This document shows, piece after piece, positions 24,463 to 37,913 of a stretch of 64,000 nt of DNA (the first letter of the stretch is position 1; every line of letters starts with the position of its first letter). Made by a program: the position numbers and the translations under genes. The stretch is from Schmidtea nova (Eukaryota). The notes below the pieces were generated by a model, which was not told the DNA's origin, did no database searches, and worked only from the letters and a program-made list of their open reading frames with translations. Location: the NCBI GenBank assembly GCA_044892505.1, contig CM097882.1, positions 35,774,001-35,838,000 on the forward strand. The letters are read 5' to 3'.

Positions 24463-24727
24463 CTTAGTGTGAAAATTTGAAATAAAAATAAATCATTTTT
24501 ATTGTTTTTATTATTATTCATAAAATAACAATAAGACAATTAGACATATATACATATATAATTATTATGATAACAATCGATAAAACAAACGATGTTATTT
24601 GTGTAACAATATTTTAAACTCAACACAAAAATAATGCACAAAACAAACATATTTTGAATCTCGCGGGCAACAGAATTATACACAGTGGGCTATAATCAAC
24701 CCATGGGGCGAGGGTTGGCCACCCCGG
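24368..24727. mobile_element. hAT-type MITE (~360 bp)
   Basis: Ends CAGGCCTGGCCAACCC and GGGTTGGCCACCCCGG. Flanking 8-mers CTTTAGAT and CTGTAGAC match 6/8, consistent with a decayed TSD. Confidence 0.65.
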
Positions 24728-27700
24728 CTGTAGACGCTTCTCAAATTTGAAATTTCAACAATCACTGACTGAAACGCATTTTTCTGTTGACCATATCTTG
24801 CAAATATTATTAAACTTTTTTTGCAGTTCCGATGTTAATCATTTCATTTTTTGAGAGGAAAAACAGAAAAATTTCCCGATTTTCGAAAATAATTTTTTTT
24901 TAATAATTTATGTTAATTGTCGTCAAAAAATGTTAAATGACATATTAATTTTTTGGAATTCTCATAAAGTTATTGATTTTGTCTTTATCTTTTTATTTGC
25001 TACCAATGTCTACTTTTTCCTCCAATATTATTTCTTTTTTAATTTTAAAATTTTTAATTAATTTTTGTACATAAATTTTGATTTTTAAATTTTTTGAATT
25101 TAACCAATTTTGAATTTATTTTTTTTGCATTCTTGTAAACAATCATAACAAAATATTTAACTTTTTAAGCTTTTATAATAATTACCTTTTTTCTAAATTA
25201 AAGAAAATTATGAAGCTCAGTTGAAAAGTTAAACGTGAGTAGGTGAAGGTACAGTGCTTACTTTTTTATAAATGTATATATTTAAACAAAATATTAAAAG
25301 GCAAGCGCTTATTAAAATAAATTAAATGAAGGTGTTAGGAGGGACAAATCTTATCGATAAAGGTATGCCAACAATGTTTTTATAATAAATTTCCAATGTT
25401 ATAAAAATATTTTTTTATAAACAAAAATTATTAATACTAAACTTAAGCAGGAAGGGCTTCGCAAAATATTTGGTTTCTGTGGCATATCAAGAAAAGCAAT
25501 TTGAGCCAGACTTTTAAAATAATATTTCAGTCAATTTAATAAAACAAAAAAACTAAATTTCCAATTTATTTAAACAACTATTGATAAACTCAACATTTGA
25601 TGACTAAAACAATTTGTCTGAATTCGGCTTTTTTGTTTTTCTAAATTATTCTAAAGCTTTAATTTAAAAGAAACACTAAATTGAATTATGATAATGAATA
25701 GAAAATGAAATTTCTCGATAGAAATAGTTATTTATAATAAAATAAGAAAAATATATGAAAATGAAATGATAATAATAATATTAAATAATTAACAAATAAC
25801 AGAAAAAGACTTTGCTGCAAAGTATTATTAGGTTAAATTATAAAATAAGTTATAAAATAATTCTCAAGATTGACGAGGATCAATTCTACTACCAAGAAAC
25901 CCGCATTTTTTATTAATAAATTTAAAACGCTTACTTGTTATCTTGTTTAAAAAACATGTGGTTCTACAAAGAAGAAAGTTTAAAAGTAAAAGGAAGATAT
26001 AAAAAAAGAGAAAGAAAAATGAGTGTACAGAGAATCTATGGGCATTTCAAAGAGATATAATTAAATAAAAAAATAAAAAAATAAAATAAAATTCAAATAT
26101 AAAGGGTTGGAAAATTAAAAGTGTAGAATACAGACAATGGAAAAATTTAAGAATTTTCAATTAAAAAAAAAAGATAAATTTTAGAAAACTTTAGAAAATG
26201 TTTTTGAGAATTTTTAGAGTTTTTATTTTATATTTTTAAATTTTTAACAAAAAAACATTTAAAAAACATTTAAAAATTTTAAAAATTTATATTAATCAGA
26301 TTAACATCCAATGATAAGGAAGAGAACTCACGAAAAAAGAAACAACAGAATGAATGAAGATACCAGTTATTTTCCGAATTAGAGATTGACTAAGATTATT
26401 TTATAATTGAAAATTTTCTCACTTAATAAAATTGTTTTTGAGGCAAAGACTTATTTTGTTACTTATTTATTAATTAATTTAATACTTAATTCTGCTATGA
26501 AGGAATCACCATTTTATACTAAGTATATTTAACATTACGCTTTATATATTTCGACAGGATATCAGTATTCCTCATGTAACTAGTGCAATACTCCAAACAT
26601 TGGAGAGATTGTCCGTCATCTCTACTCGAGTAATTGAGTATTACAAACTGAATGAATAGAATATGTTTAAGTAAATGAGTGTTGCATGTTGTTAATTATG
26701 TTTTAAATATAAATATGCAGTTTTTGAGAATTTCTTTCAGTTATTCAAGTTTGTGTTTCTAAAAGTTTTTTTTCACTCTTTTTAAAAAATAAAAATTTTG
26801 TTTTTAAAATATTTCTGTTTAGAAATTAATTTTAAAAGAATCTTAATCTTAAATAATTTATTATAGAGANNNNNNNNNNNNNNNNNNNNNNNNNNNNNNN
26901 NNNNNNNNNNNNNNNNNNNNNNNNNNNNNNNNNNNNNNNNNNNNNNNNNNNNNNNNNNNNNNNNNNNNNNNNNNNNNNNNNNNNNNNNNNNNNNNNNNNN
27001 NNNNNNNNNNNNNNNNNNNNNNNNNNNNNNNNNNNNNNNNNNNNNNNNNNNNNNNNNNNNNNNNNNNNNNNNNNNNNNNNNNNNNNNNNNNNNNNNNNNN
27101 NNNNNNNNNNNNNTTAACTAAACAATATCCAGCATTTATAAATTATTTTTTTATTTTTTTCATTTGAAATATAATTAATATCTTAAGCTATCAACAAACA
27201 AAATAATTTAACATCAATTTAAATAAATTTTACATGTAAGTAAAGCAAAATAATTGAAAATCTAAAAACATTAAAAGACCATGCCAAGTGGAAAATCAAG
27301 TAAACTTGAAAGTAAATTGTGATATTTAGAAGTGAATTCATCTTCTTAATAAAAAATAATTTTATTGTCATTTTAAATTTAAAATTTTTAAAAATATTAT
27401 CAATTCAGATTAATTATTTGCAAAATCGTTTCATTGTTATCATAATTATAAAGATATGATTTTTATAGTTTATTACATTTTACATTTGAAGATTTCCTAA
27501 TCCTATTTTACTCACTAAACGAAATCTTTTGCGGCAGTACTATTATAACTAAGGTGATTTTTTATTCCATAAAATAAAATGTAAATATTTTAAATAATTT
27601 AATTGCATTTTCATTCACAAACTGTTTTCCCTCCAATTCAAAGCATTTTTTCGGCTTTGTTATTTTCATTTAAAAACCTTTTTGATCTTATGTCTAAAAA

Positions 27701-29988
27701 ATATAAAGTAAATGAAATTAAAAACGATCAGAAATGAACAAGATCCGAGATTTCAATAATATATTAAATGATGTATAATTTTATCTATTGTCAAGTAACC
27801 TATTTTCTTTGCTTACCGTTCAATGGCTCCCATACTTGCTAGATTTCATTATAAAACTGACAAAGTGGTATTACAAACCCTGATGATAGGCTTTTTTGTA
27901 TCCATTTTTCGACACATTTTATTGTGATTGAAAACCAACATATCACGGCTAAGAAATCTTATATAACAACGAATAAGCATGTGTAGTTAGGATCAAGATA
28001 AATGACAATCTTTAAAAAAAATTTCTGGCTTCCAAGACTTTAGAGATTTTAAAACTTTAAAGGATTAGGTTATTAAGGTAAGTGTGAAAATTCGTTCCTA
28101 TAGAGTAGCTACTAGTTGCATCTTGTCAACATTATATATTTGTTGGGATTACAAAATTAAAATTATTTTTAAATTTTTTAAATTATTTTTTAAAGATATA
28201 AAAGTATGATCAAGAATCAAATTGGAGTCAAATTCAATGTTCACAGAGGTAAAGAATAATGTATATTGTTATATAAAAGGATTAATGGAAGTCAAAGGCT
28301 GAAAATATTAGTTAACGTGAAAAGCCAAACTTAATCATTAATTATTTGGATCATTTTTGATGAGAGTAAAATGTCAGAACGTCAGTTAAATGTCATTAAT
28401 TGCACTAGTAATGATAATATAAAAACATGCTGAAAATTCAGAAATAAAGATTATCGCTTCGGTTAAGAGTTGACAAAAAAACTTAGAATAAGGTTATAGA
28501 GGATCATTTTAACGAAAAATATTTATTATGTTAAAGAAATATTGCATTTTGCGTTAGAAATTAATACTTATCTTGCAAATGCAAAAAACACTTGAAAAAG
28601 GCAGTGCCGAAAATTTGAGTTGAATAAGAGAAAAAAACGTATTTATTCTTTAAAAAATATTAAATTACATGAAATCGTACGAAATAAATGTTGATGAAGA
28701 TTAAGGATTTAAAATTAAATTATTTATGCAGTTTAATATAGTAAAAATTAAATTAATTTTTTTTATAATATTTAAGTAAAATTTATAGCATAAAACGGAA
28801 ATTAACAATTCCTATTAAAACCCGCTTATAATTAGTAAATTGAATTGATTATAAAATTTACTTTTTCTAATTTTATTAATTGACTAAGATATTCTGTGGT
28901 GTCCAGCGGGTGAAATTTAAAAATAAATAATATTCTCGACAATCACCAGAAAATTCCCCAAGAAAGTCTAAAATTTTTTGAAGTCATTAAATATTTCTAC
29001 TCGTGAGGGGTAGTTTTCTAATATATTGACAAATTTGTTTTGGGATCTAAATTATTATTTAATGTATGATTTTTTAACTTATATATAAATTTAACTTGTT
29101 TGAACTAGCATGAAGTGAGTTGAGATTTTGCTAAGTTGTTTACGGTATTTAGCCAATGGACAAAACTGTTGACCAACTTAAATTTGTTTCTTACCTACTT
29201 TAAGGGGATTTGTGAATCCTAAAACTCAATCGATGACATTTTCCTTCTTCCTCACAAGTGAATTTAAAGTTTGAATGCAAACCATTCATTGAAATCAGAA
29301 AAAGACTCACGTGTAGACGACTTTCTAAAACCAAAAAATATTATCCACATAAGTAGAACAAAAAGATCACACGACACCATCTTTTTTACGTTGTAACTGT
29401 TGCTAACGTAAAAACTTATTATTACTCAATCCTTCTTTTTTTTAGCATAACACACATTGTTACATAATAACTCTAGGTTTTATATAATCTGCATACTATG
29501 ACGTAATTGATGTCAAGGTAACATATATAAAGTATATATAAGGTGATCTATATAAAGTAATTTTATTACATTTTTGTTGTAATACCATATAATTTAATTT
29601 ATTTTTTTTCTTGATTATGAATTTATTGTATTTGTTTGAAATTAATTAAAGTAATTTTTAAACAATTTTATCTTTGACGTAATTACCATAATAGTATATA
29701 ATTTAACTTTAATACATTGAAAAATTTTGTAAGTATTAATTATTTTACAGTATAACCTGTATATATTTCATTAAAACATTTAATAATTTGTTGCAAATTA
29801 TTATGTATTTGTTACAATTTGATGAATTATTATTTGATGTAAATAGACAAATGATAGTATNNNNNNNNNNNNNNNNNNNNNNNNNNNNNNNNNNNNNNNN
29901 NNNNNNNNNNNNNNNNNNNNNNNNNNNNNNNNNNNNNNNNNNNNNNNNNNNNNNNNNNNNNNNNNNNNNNNNNNNNNNNNNNNNNNNN

Positions 29989-30209
29989 CCTTTGATCTTT
30001 TTTTATTATTATTATCAATAATTCTCATAATGACTATAGATCAAAATTTTTTTTATAAACAATAACACAATATTTCGGCACAGCCTTTATCAAGTGTGTA
30101 TTTCTAAATATAAATACACACTTGATAAAGGCTGTGCCGAAATATTGTGTTATTGTTTATAAAAAAAAATTTTGATCTATAGTCATTATGAGAATTATTG
30201 ATAATAATA
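29989..30209. repeat. palindromic MITE copy
   Basis: Same arms as the other copies, centre GTGTGTATTTCTAAATATAAATACACAC. Bordered by an N gap and (TA)n. Confidence 0.9.
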
Positions 30210-31439
30210 TATATATATATACCTGTTTTCGTACATTAAATGTTTCTATTATATAAATTAAAAATAATCAATAGCAAATGAAAACTTACGTTGATGTTAA
30301 ATTTTGATTTTGTATAGTTTAAAAGATTTATTATGTGATAGACAATCTGATAGAAAAATTAAAATATTCACACAAACACAAAACATTATGAAAATACACG
30401 CAAACTTTTAAAGGTACATTTTTACGTGATTAAAAGGCATATAATAAATTTATTTATTTTAAAATATGGTTTTTGGGTATATATTTGGAATATTTCTAAA
30501 GGGAGTTTTCGAGAAAATGGATAGATTACATCGTTAGATTTATTTTAATGAATTTTAAAATAAAGTTTTTTATTTCCAAAAATTATTTTGCAAATTTATC
30601 CATTTTCATTAGGTAAAAAAATAATCCCGTTTAATTATTTGCAAATTATAGACAGTTAAACATATTTACAATGCAATTTAAATCATTTTGAAGTCTGAGA
30701 TAATGCAGGACAGTAAAATTTGGCAATTCTTGAAATTAAAAAATTAAGCTTAATTTAATTATTTCTTGGAAAATCAAAAGAAATATTTCAAAAATAGAAA
30801 ATTGATTTTTTAACTTACGTTTAAATGTAAATAATTCCAAAAACATGGAAGAAAATCATGATTACATAGAAAGTATTTATTTAATTAATAAAATATTGTT
30901 AAAAAAATATTTTTACTTACGTTTAATGTAAAATATTTCAAAACACTTCATAAAAATCATAGTTTTTCTAAAACGCTAAATAATATAATATCAAAGTAAT
31001 ATTGTAGAATATAGATAAACTTTCAAAGCTTCTATAGTGATCTCATATCATTGTAAAATCAAAATAAAAGCTTTAAAAGATATCTTGATAAATAAACTTA
31101 CTTGATAGCCATTTTTAAAAAATAGATAAATGAAAATTTGAATTAATTCAACAAAGTAACTATGAGTAACACGTAGGTGTACACACCTACTTGTATCATA
31201 GTTACCTTATATAATAAGGAATTAAAACTTAAAATATGGTTTGTTTTTAAATGACAATATTGAAATAATTCTATGAACTAGCTGGATACTATTGGAGTTT
31301 TTTAAAAATTTCATTCCGGTGTTTAAGGTTAAAATTCTCTAATTTTTAAAGTTCATTAATAATAATACTGATTTTTTTAAATTACTAATTTATTGTTATA
31401 ACTTTTTAATTATTTGTCAAATGAAAATTTTGTTTACAG

Positions 31440-31670
31440 CTGTGAAATGTTCAGAAATGCCACTGTCATGGCCACATACAGAAAATGTATCCGTTGAAAT
31501 TCAGTTGAATAAAGTCGTATCATTCAATTATACACTGAGGCTGAAATGCGAAAGAGGATATGTATATTTTCAAAACCCAAACTCGACAATATCTGAAGTG
31601 ATCTGTGGTCAATCAGTAAAGAATGTAAGTGAAGGAATTTGGCAGCCCGAAAACAATCAGCCTTGCATTA
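31440..31670 (+). CDS. exon of multi-sushi gene, module 2
   Basis: Acceptor TTACAG and donor GTAAGC at 31671. The exon is 231 bp, phase 1/1: AVKCSEMP...LRLKCERGY...EVICGQ...GIWQPENNQPCI. Confidence 0.85.
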
Positions 31671-33059
31671 GTAAGCGAATTAGAATTATTATTTTTAATA
31701 TTTACATCACTGAAAACCCTTGAGTGAACCGCTTCATTTATTCTCTTCGGAGTTCATGATTATGTTAAATATCACAAAGAAATTGGTTGATAAATACCTG
31801 AAGCGAATAAAGTTTATTCTCTACAAAAGCTTACTTTATTAGAAAACACTTTTGACCGATTTATATTACAGCATTGCAGTCAATTTTGAAGGATAATGAT
31901 AAAATTTCTTCACAAACCTTCAATGAGTGTTAAGATTATTTTATGTTATTTTCAATAATTTATTTATTTATTTGTTATCTAACTAAAAAAAACTTTTTGC
32001 AGTTATTTTGAACAATTAAAATAAATATTATTAATAAATCAGAAAAAGTTCATCTATATTTATAATTTCTTTCAAAATACACACATATATATGAAGCCAT
32101 AACATGTGCGCATCCAATCAAAATCAATTAGACCCCTGTGGCCCCCTTTTTTCGCGAGCCCCTCCATTATATTTTTTTGCATCCCCTCATTTTTTACACA
32201 CACACACACGGTGAGTCATAAAAAATTTATTTTTAATTTTTAAGGTCATTTTAAGGACAAAATATGAGGTCATCTTGATCTCAAAGATCAAGCACATCTC
32301 GAGGTCAAATGTTAAGGTCAAAATTATTAAGGTAAAATTTTTCAAAAATTAATTTTTTTCAAAAAATTTAAGAAAAATTAAAGATTTTCGAAATTTTAAC
32401 GCACGTTCAATTAGACAAGTTTTCAGTTTTCTCTCCGGCTTTTGTCAATCAAATCTAACAATAAAAATATTGTTATATATATGCATAATAATAGTAATAT
32501 AAAAAATAAGAATAATAATAATTTTAACTATAATAATAAAAGTGTTTCCATCATATATTTTCCTAATCTATGTCATAATAGTTATTGATTAATTAATTAT
32601 ATTATTATTAAAAGAATAATAATTGGTCGCGCCCGCTCTTAAAATATTTTAAAATTAATTAAATAATAATTAAAATAATTAATTGGGTGCTTGATCGCTG
32701 TGAGAGATTGTGGGGCGAGCCTGGAAGCCGTTAAACGGACTTATCGAAATCTCTATAAATCTTATATGAACATGATCAATGAGAAAGCACAATATCCAAT
32801 GACATAAATTCCAACGAACCAATGGATATTGATTCAACTCTTCCGGAAATGACAAATTTCTCTTCGCATAATAATAAAATAGATTCACCTTTAACTATTT
32901 TGAATCAAAACAACACCAACGGATGTGGCGTAGTGTCTCCGGGTTTACAAAATTACGATTAATTTTCTAATACTGAAACGTCTACTGCAGAAGGTATAAA
33001 TAAATAAATGGTAGATGACACCGGTGATTTATATGCCGATGATGATGAGGCGAGACCAA

Positions 33060-33429
33060 CTGGGAGCCCGCCAGAGAGAAAAAGCTTCTAAGTGATACGA
33101 TAACAGTTCGATGCTTGCCATGGAAAACTTTAGTAATGTTTCGAGTTCCAAACAATTCTACAAATTTGGATAAAAGCCAGCGATCAATGGGTATTTTCCT
33201 GCAATACAATGTAGAATGTGAATCCACTTCATGGAATTGCAATGCTAAAGCTAAAATAACGTTCGCATCTCAACAGAAGTTAGCCGCCAGTGGGGAATTG
33301 TCCCAGCCAGACGAATCACCGAAACCGACAAATGAAAACGATGAAAATGCTAACTCTCACGATGTCGTTAGGACTATTGAGCACAATTTCTATTCTATTA
33401 GTGACAAGTCTATTGAACTAAATTTGTGA
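33060..33429 (+). pseudogene. USP7: fragment of USP7 N-terminal MATH/TRAF domain
   Basis: Reads LLSDTITVRCLPWKTLVMFR...SMGIFLQYNVECESTSWNCNAKAKI...RTIEHNFY. This compares with the USP7 pattern [20 protein letters not shown]...[25 protein letters not shown]...RRISHLFF. A stop lies upstream and no catalytic domain follows. Confidence 0.8.
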
Positions 33430-33797
33430 TTAATTTAGAATTCTTAAATTTTAAATTAATATTGGAATTATTGAAAATTTTTTATATTTTTGAGTTTTTT
33501 TTTTTATTAAAGGTGGAAAAATTTGGGTTTTGGTTTTTAAATGATTTTTTGGTAAATTGGAAAAATTTTATGATTAAAAGTGAAAGATTATTAATTTAGT
33601 GTTTTAATAATGGTTTTTTGTAAATTTGGAATGGGGTAAAGTTTAAAAAAAATTTTAATTTTTTGCTGAATAATGGATGAACTTTGTAATAGTGGTAATT
33701 TTGCCTAATGAATTTGTGCGATTTAATGAAAATAATAAATCTAATTTAATTTGGACTTTGATGGTTTAATTTTAGAAGATTGGCTTGCTAAATTAAC

Positions 33798-34451
33798 ATG
33801 ATACTAAAAAATGTATTACTTTCTGTTGGTGTTCGAGGTTGCGATAAGACCAATATGATAGGATATGTAAATAATATTGACGATCAATTGGTAACGCAGA
33901 TTTGTGACTTAATGCACACCTGCCCAATGTATGGCGGCCGATGGCCTTATGGAGTTTCTATGCTCTTTATTGGATGGGATAAAGAGATGTTTTATCCTGG
34001 ATTTATGGATCTGAAGAGATCATTAATTAAATCAATTGTTGAGCAATTCGGAAATGATATTGAAGGTGCAGAATTATTAGATACTTTGAATAGGAACAGC
34101 TATGAACGTATGAACGAACTAGCTAGTCATTTTTTTGGTCATATTTCTATCCAGCCTGATAACAAGCAGCAGCTAATTGATGCGTTCTGCCAGGAGGTAA
34201 ATTATGCTGCTGTTGATGAATGTGAAACAGTTCCCATTAATGGGGTAGAGGAGAACATTTGTTTGTCTTCGGATGAGGAGGAAAACATTGGTGGCGATTC
34301 CCATCGGACTTCGTCTGCGTCCTCGTTGGTGTACACGGATGATGATAACGGTGATGGCACTGACAGAATCAGGAAGACGCGGAGCAGTGATAATCGTGGA
34401 TTGCTGAATGAGGATGACAATGATTCCGTCAAGAAAATCAGAAGAACTTGA
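33798..34451 (+). CDS. chimeric 217-aa ORF containing a short proteasome alpha-3 (PSMA4)-like segment plus an acidic low-complexity tail
   Basis: DQLVTQICDLMHTCPMYGGRWPYGVSMLFIGWDK resembles PSMA4 [34 protein letters not shown]. The rest of the ORF is not recognisable as proteasome subunit. Confidence 0.6.
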   Translation: MILKNVLLSVGVRGCDKTNMIGYVNNIDDQLVTQICDLMHTCPMYGGRWPYGVSMLFIGWDKEMFYPGFMDLKRSLIKSIVEQFGNDIEGAELLDTLNRNSYERMNELASHFFGHISIQPDNKQQLIDAFCQEVNYAAVDECETVPINGVEENICLSSDEEENIGGDSHRTSSASSLVYTDDDNGDGTDRIRKTRSSDNRGLLNEDDNDSVKKIRRT

Positions 34452-34999
34452 CCGAAATNNNNNNNNNNNNNNNNNNNNNNNNNNNNNNNNNNNNNNNNNN
34501 NNNNNNNNNNNNNNNNNNNNNNNNNNNNNNNNNNNNNNNNNNNNNNNNNNNNNNNNNNNNNNNNNNNNNNNNNNNNNNNNNNNNNNNNACTCCCCAGCCC
34601 TCTATTATTATAATTATAGAAAATAATAAATAAAATATATCCGTTTATTATCCGAAGAGAAACGCTGATTTTCAGTTTGTATTTGGCCATATTCGTCTTG
34701 TTATCATTGATCTTTTCACCAATTTGATTTGATTTAGAATATCTTCCAATATTGGTAGACTATTTTTAGCAAATTTTTAAAATTTTAATTAGCAATTGTT
34801 GTTTTTAACTGATATTAGTACAAATAAATTTATAGAAATTAGTTTCAAATTTATTTAATAATAATATTAATATATTTTCTTTTAAATTTCCAAGTTTTTA
34901 TATTTAAAATTAACAAAAATAAACAATCTTACGCATTGTTTTTAAAATTAAATTCATGAAGAATAAATTATATATATATAAATATTTGAGACCTAAACA

Positions 35000-35060
<61 letters not shown>

Positions 35061-35063
<3 letters not shown>

Positions 35064-35270
35064 CATAATTTTCTTTTTGTTTCACCTTTGATCTTTTTTT
35101 ATTAATAATATCAATAATTCCCATAATGGATGACTTTAGATTAAAATTGCTTTAAATAAGTACACGTGTACTTATTTAAAGAAATTTTGATCTATAGTCA
35201 TCCATTATGGGAATTATTGATATTATTAATAAAAAAAGATCAAAGGTGAAACAAAAAGAAAATTATGATT
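35061..35270. repeat. palindromic MITE, variant subfamily, flanked by (TA)n
   Basis: A 210-bp near-perfect palindrome centred on AAGTACACGTGTACTT. Outer arms AATCATAATT...CACCTTTGATC are shared with the other copies. (TA)n lies at 35005-35060 and after 35270. Confidence 0.92.
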
Positions 35271-36127
35271 ATATATATATATGTGTGTGTGTGTTGAGGT
35301 CTCAAATATTTGTACTTGAAATCTCAACTGGGGATGGTGGTTCCTATATAAATAATTAAGGCAATAAGTCTTTTTAAAGATTTATTAGATAACAATATAT
35401 ATTTACCTTGCAAAAATTACAATTGATTTCAATTTTTACAATTCACTCTTCAATAATCCAAATTTATTCTATGTCTTTGACCAACTGGTCTAGATTAAAT
35501 GCTCTTCAAGATTTGCACTTGAGAGAGCTATAAGCGCAATTTTTAAAGAGAATTTTATGGCAATTTACTGGTCTATGGCTCGCCTTATATACTATTTTTC
35601 CTTTTGCTAAAAATCATTTTAATCTATTTAATTTATATAATTGCTACAAAATAATAATTACAATGAATTAATACAGCTGAGATAAAATTGGTCCATTAAA
35701 AATAAAATCAATCTATAATAATTACAGTCCATAATTAAAATAATAATCATAATAAAACAAAACTAAAATATCAATTAATAATTACAGTCCATAAAATAAC
35801 ATAAAATAATAATAAAATAAAACTAAGATTTTAAATTAATAATGTCAATATCAAATATTCACAAAATTATGAGCTAGTCTGACTTGTTTATAAGATAACA
35901 AAGGATTTGAATTGGGGATTTAATTTGCGATGTTCTTTGATGTTCATAAGTGTTTGATTGATGATGATAGATGATAAATGATAGATAGTTTAAAATGTTT
36001 ATAGAACGATTGCACACTAGGTGATTAGAGTTAATAATGATCCACAGATGGTAATAGACGGATATAATGTTTATTGAGAGATTATAGATGTTCGCATTTG
36101 AATCGACCGACGCTTATATCAGAGGGG

Positions 36128-36721
36128 TTAATTTCCTTTTTCTAAATATATGTTGACCCGGTATTTATTATCGCCCATTCGATAATATTTATTGACTGTA
36201 AATACCTCAATGGGTCTACCCTCGTCATCCACCATTCCTTCCAAGGCCGTCAAGGTAATGTCCTCATTACCTTTATCAGATTCGACGAGTTCGATTTCCT
36301 TTTCCTTTATTTGAATTATTGCCCTTCTTACTCCTTCTCTAAATGCCAAATTTAGGATGTCTTCTTCCCCGATTTGTTTTCGAAAACAGGTGCAAAGATC
36401 CTTCTCTGTGATTATGACTTTTTCTTTTGTTATGATATAGTTGGGCTCCTCTTGCATTATTTCTATCTCGGGTTCAGGCCCAATGTCCTCCTCTGCCATA
36501 TTGGCTTCTTGATAACTTGTACCTTGCATCATACTCGGGTCCATTTCCACTTCCTCTTCCAACGAGAAATATTCTTCTTCAGGATCTAAATCGCATCCCT
36601 CCATTGGCTCTTGTTGTATTTTGGGTTCCTTTTTCGTCTCCATTATTTCCATATTTAGTGGCCTTGTTTCACTGATGAAAATAAGGTCGTCTTTGCTATC
36701 CATTAATTCTTCCATAAACAT
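36128..36721 (-). CDS. orphan acidic protein (197 aa; frame stays open upstream to about 36830)
   Basis: Long open frame in AT-rich DNA with an E/D/M-rich composition. No family was recognised. Confidence 0.45.
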   Translation of the reverse strand: MFMEELMDSKDDLIFISETRPLNMEIMETKKEPKIQQEPMEGCDLDPEEEYFSLEEEVEMDPSMMQGTSYQEANMAEEDIGPEPEIEIMQEEPNYIITKEKVIITEKDLCTCFRKQIGEEDILNLAFREGVRRAIIQIKEKEIELVESDKGNEDITLTALEGMVDDEGRPIEVFTVNKYYRMGDNKYRVNIYLEKGN

Positions 36722-37628
36722 TTTCCGTTTTTGTAGTATTTCTTTTTCGTCCTCTGATTCGCTTTCTGATCTGCTCTTGTTGTCATTTTGTTGCCCGTTT
36801 TCTATTGTTTTCTGGCTTCTTGGATCATAAAATTAAAGGAATACAAATTTAATTTAATTTGCTCTTTCTGGTTGAAGAAATAAAATATCAAAATGTCATT
36901 GTTTTCAGTGTTAGTAAAAGGTTTAGAGCTTTTTCTTATTACAAATAGTGTTGATAATTTCAAGTGTCAGTGTCAAATCAAATTTTTAAACTAATATTTT
37001 GACACAGTTTTCCAAAAATTCACATTCTATTTATCCAAACTATTCTTGGTAATTGGATTATATAGTATTAACAAAGTGAGTTTGTTATTTTTGTAAATCG
37101 AACTATTGAGTTTTTGGAGCTGCTGTATTGAAAAAATATTATTTGTGGCTGAACTGGTTGTTTAATATTAAGGGTATCTACTCTCAGATTACAATTAATT
37201 TTCTGTTTAAGTTATGTATTAACTCAACACTATATACATTAAAATTTTGGGTTATATTCTTTAGATACAATTTATCATTTTAGGAATAGATAGATATTAT
37301 ACAAATAATTAAATTAACTTAATACGTAATGATGGCAAAATCATATTCTCAAGATTAAAAGTATTTATTATGTTTGATTAATGTGATTGAATGTTGGTAT
37401 GAATGTATGTTCACAATTATTATGTATCAATAACGAGTAAACAAATAAACTCCATTTTTAGATGTTATGCAATAAAGAGAGAGTTGGATATTTGTCTTCA
37501 GAATATATTATTGTTTCTAAGTCTATTTTTAACAACCATGTGTCAAGAAATCTTTTATTATAAAATCAGATTAAGATTAAAAATGTAAATTATTCCAATT
37601 TTTAAAACTTTCTATCTATTTCATTTAG

Positions 37629-37913
37629 GTGTTCGTTGTAATGAAACGGAACTTTCTGGCTTCATTCCCAAAAATGGATACATTGAAAAAGCTATCAATT
37701 ACCAAACCAGAAGTGTTTATCCTTATGAATTTCAATCGTCTTCGTTCAATATATTTGGAAATGTAGTATTTGTCAAGTGCTACGACGGATATTTCTTTCC
37801 CGATAGAACATTAGAAAAAACAATTATATGTGAATTAGAACAAAACTCAACTGTAAAAGGAAAATGGGCTTCTTATGGAAAAACTATTTTTCCAATACCA
37901 AAACAGTGTGTTC
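37629..37913 (+). CDS. exon of multi-sushi gene, module 3 (not in the supplied ORF track)
   Basis: Acceptor TTTAG at 37624-37628 and donor GTAAGT at 37914. The exon is 285 bp, phase 1/1: VRCNETEL...VFVKCYDGYFFPDRTLEKTIICELEQ...GKWASYG...IPKQCV. Confidence 0.87.

Noticed and set aside
25200-28700. Scattered small exon-like patches on the plus strand, e.g. 26558-26629 DISIPHVTSAILQTLERLSVISTR
   Set aside because: Splice-like signals are present, but the phases do not fit the phase-1 sushi exons, there are frequent stops and no domain was recognised. They cannot be supported without transcript data.
13503-35270. Repeated palindromes as a CRISPR-like array
   Set aside because: Copies are about 200 bp, kilobases apart and irregularly spaced in a eukaryotic intron, with no repeat-spacer periodicity or cas genes.
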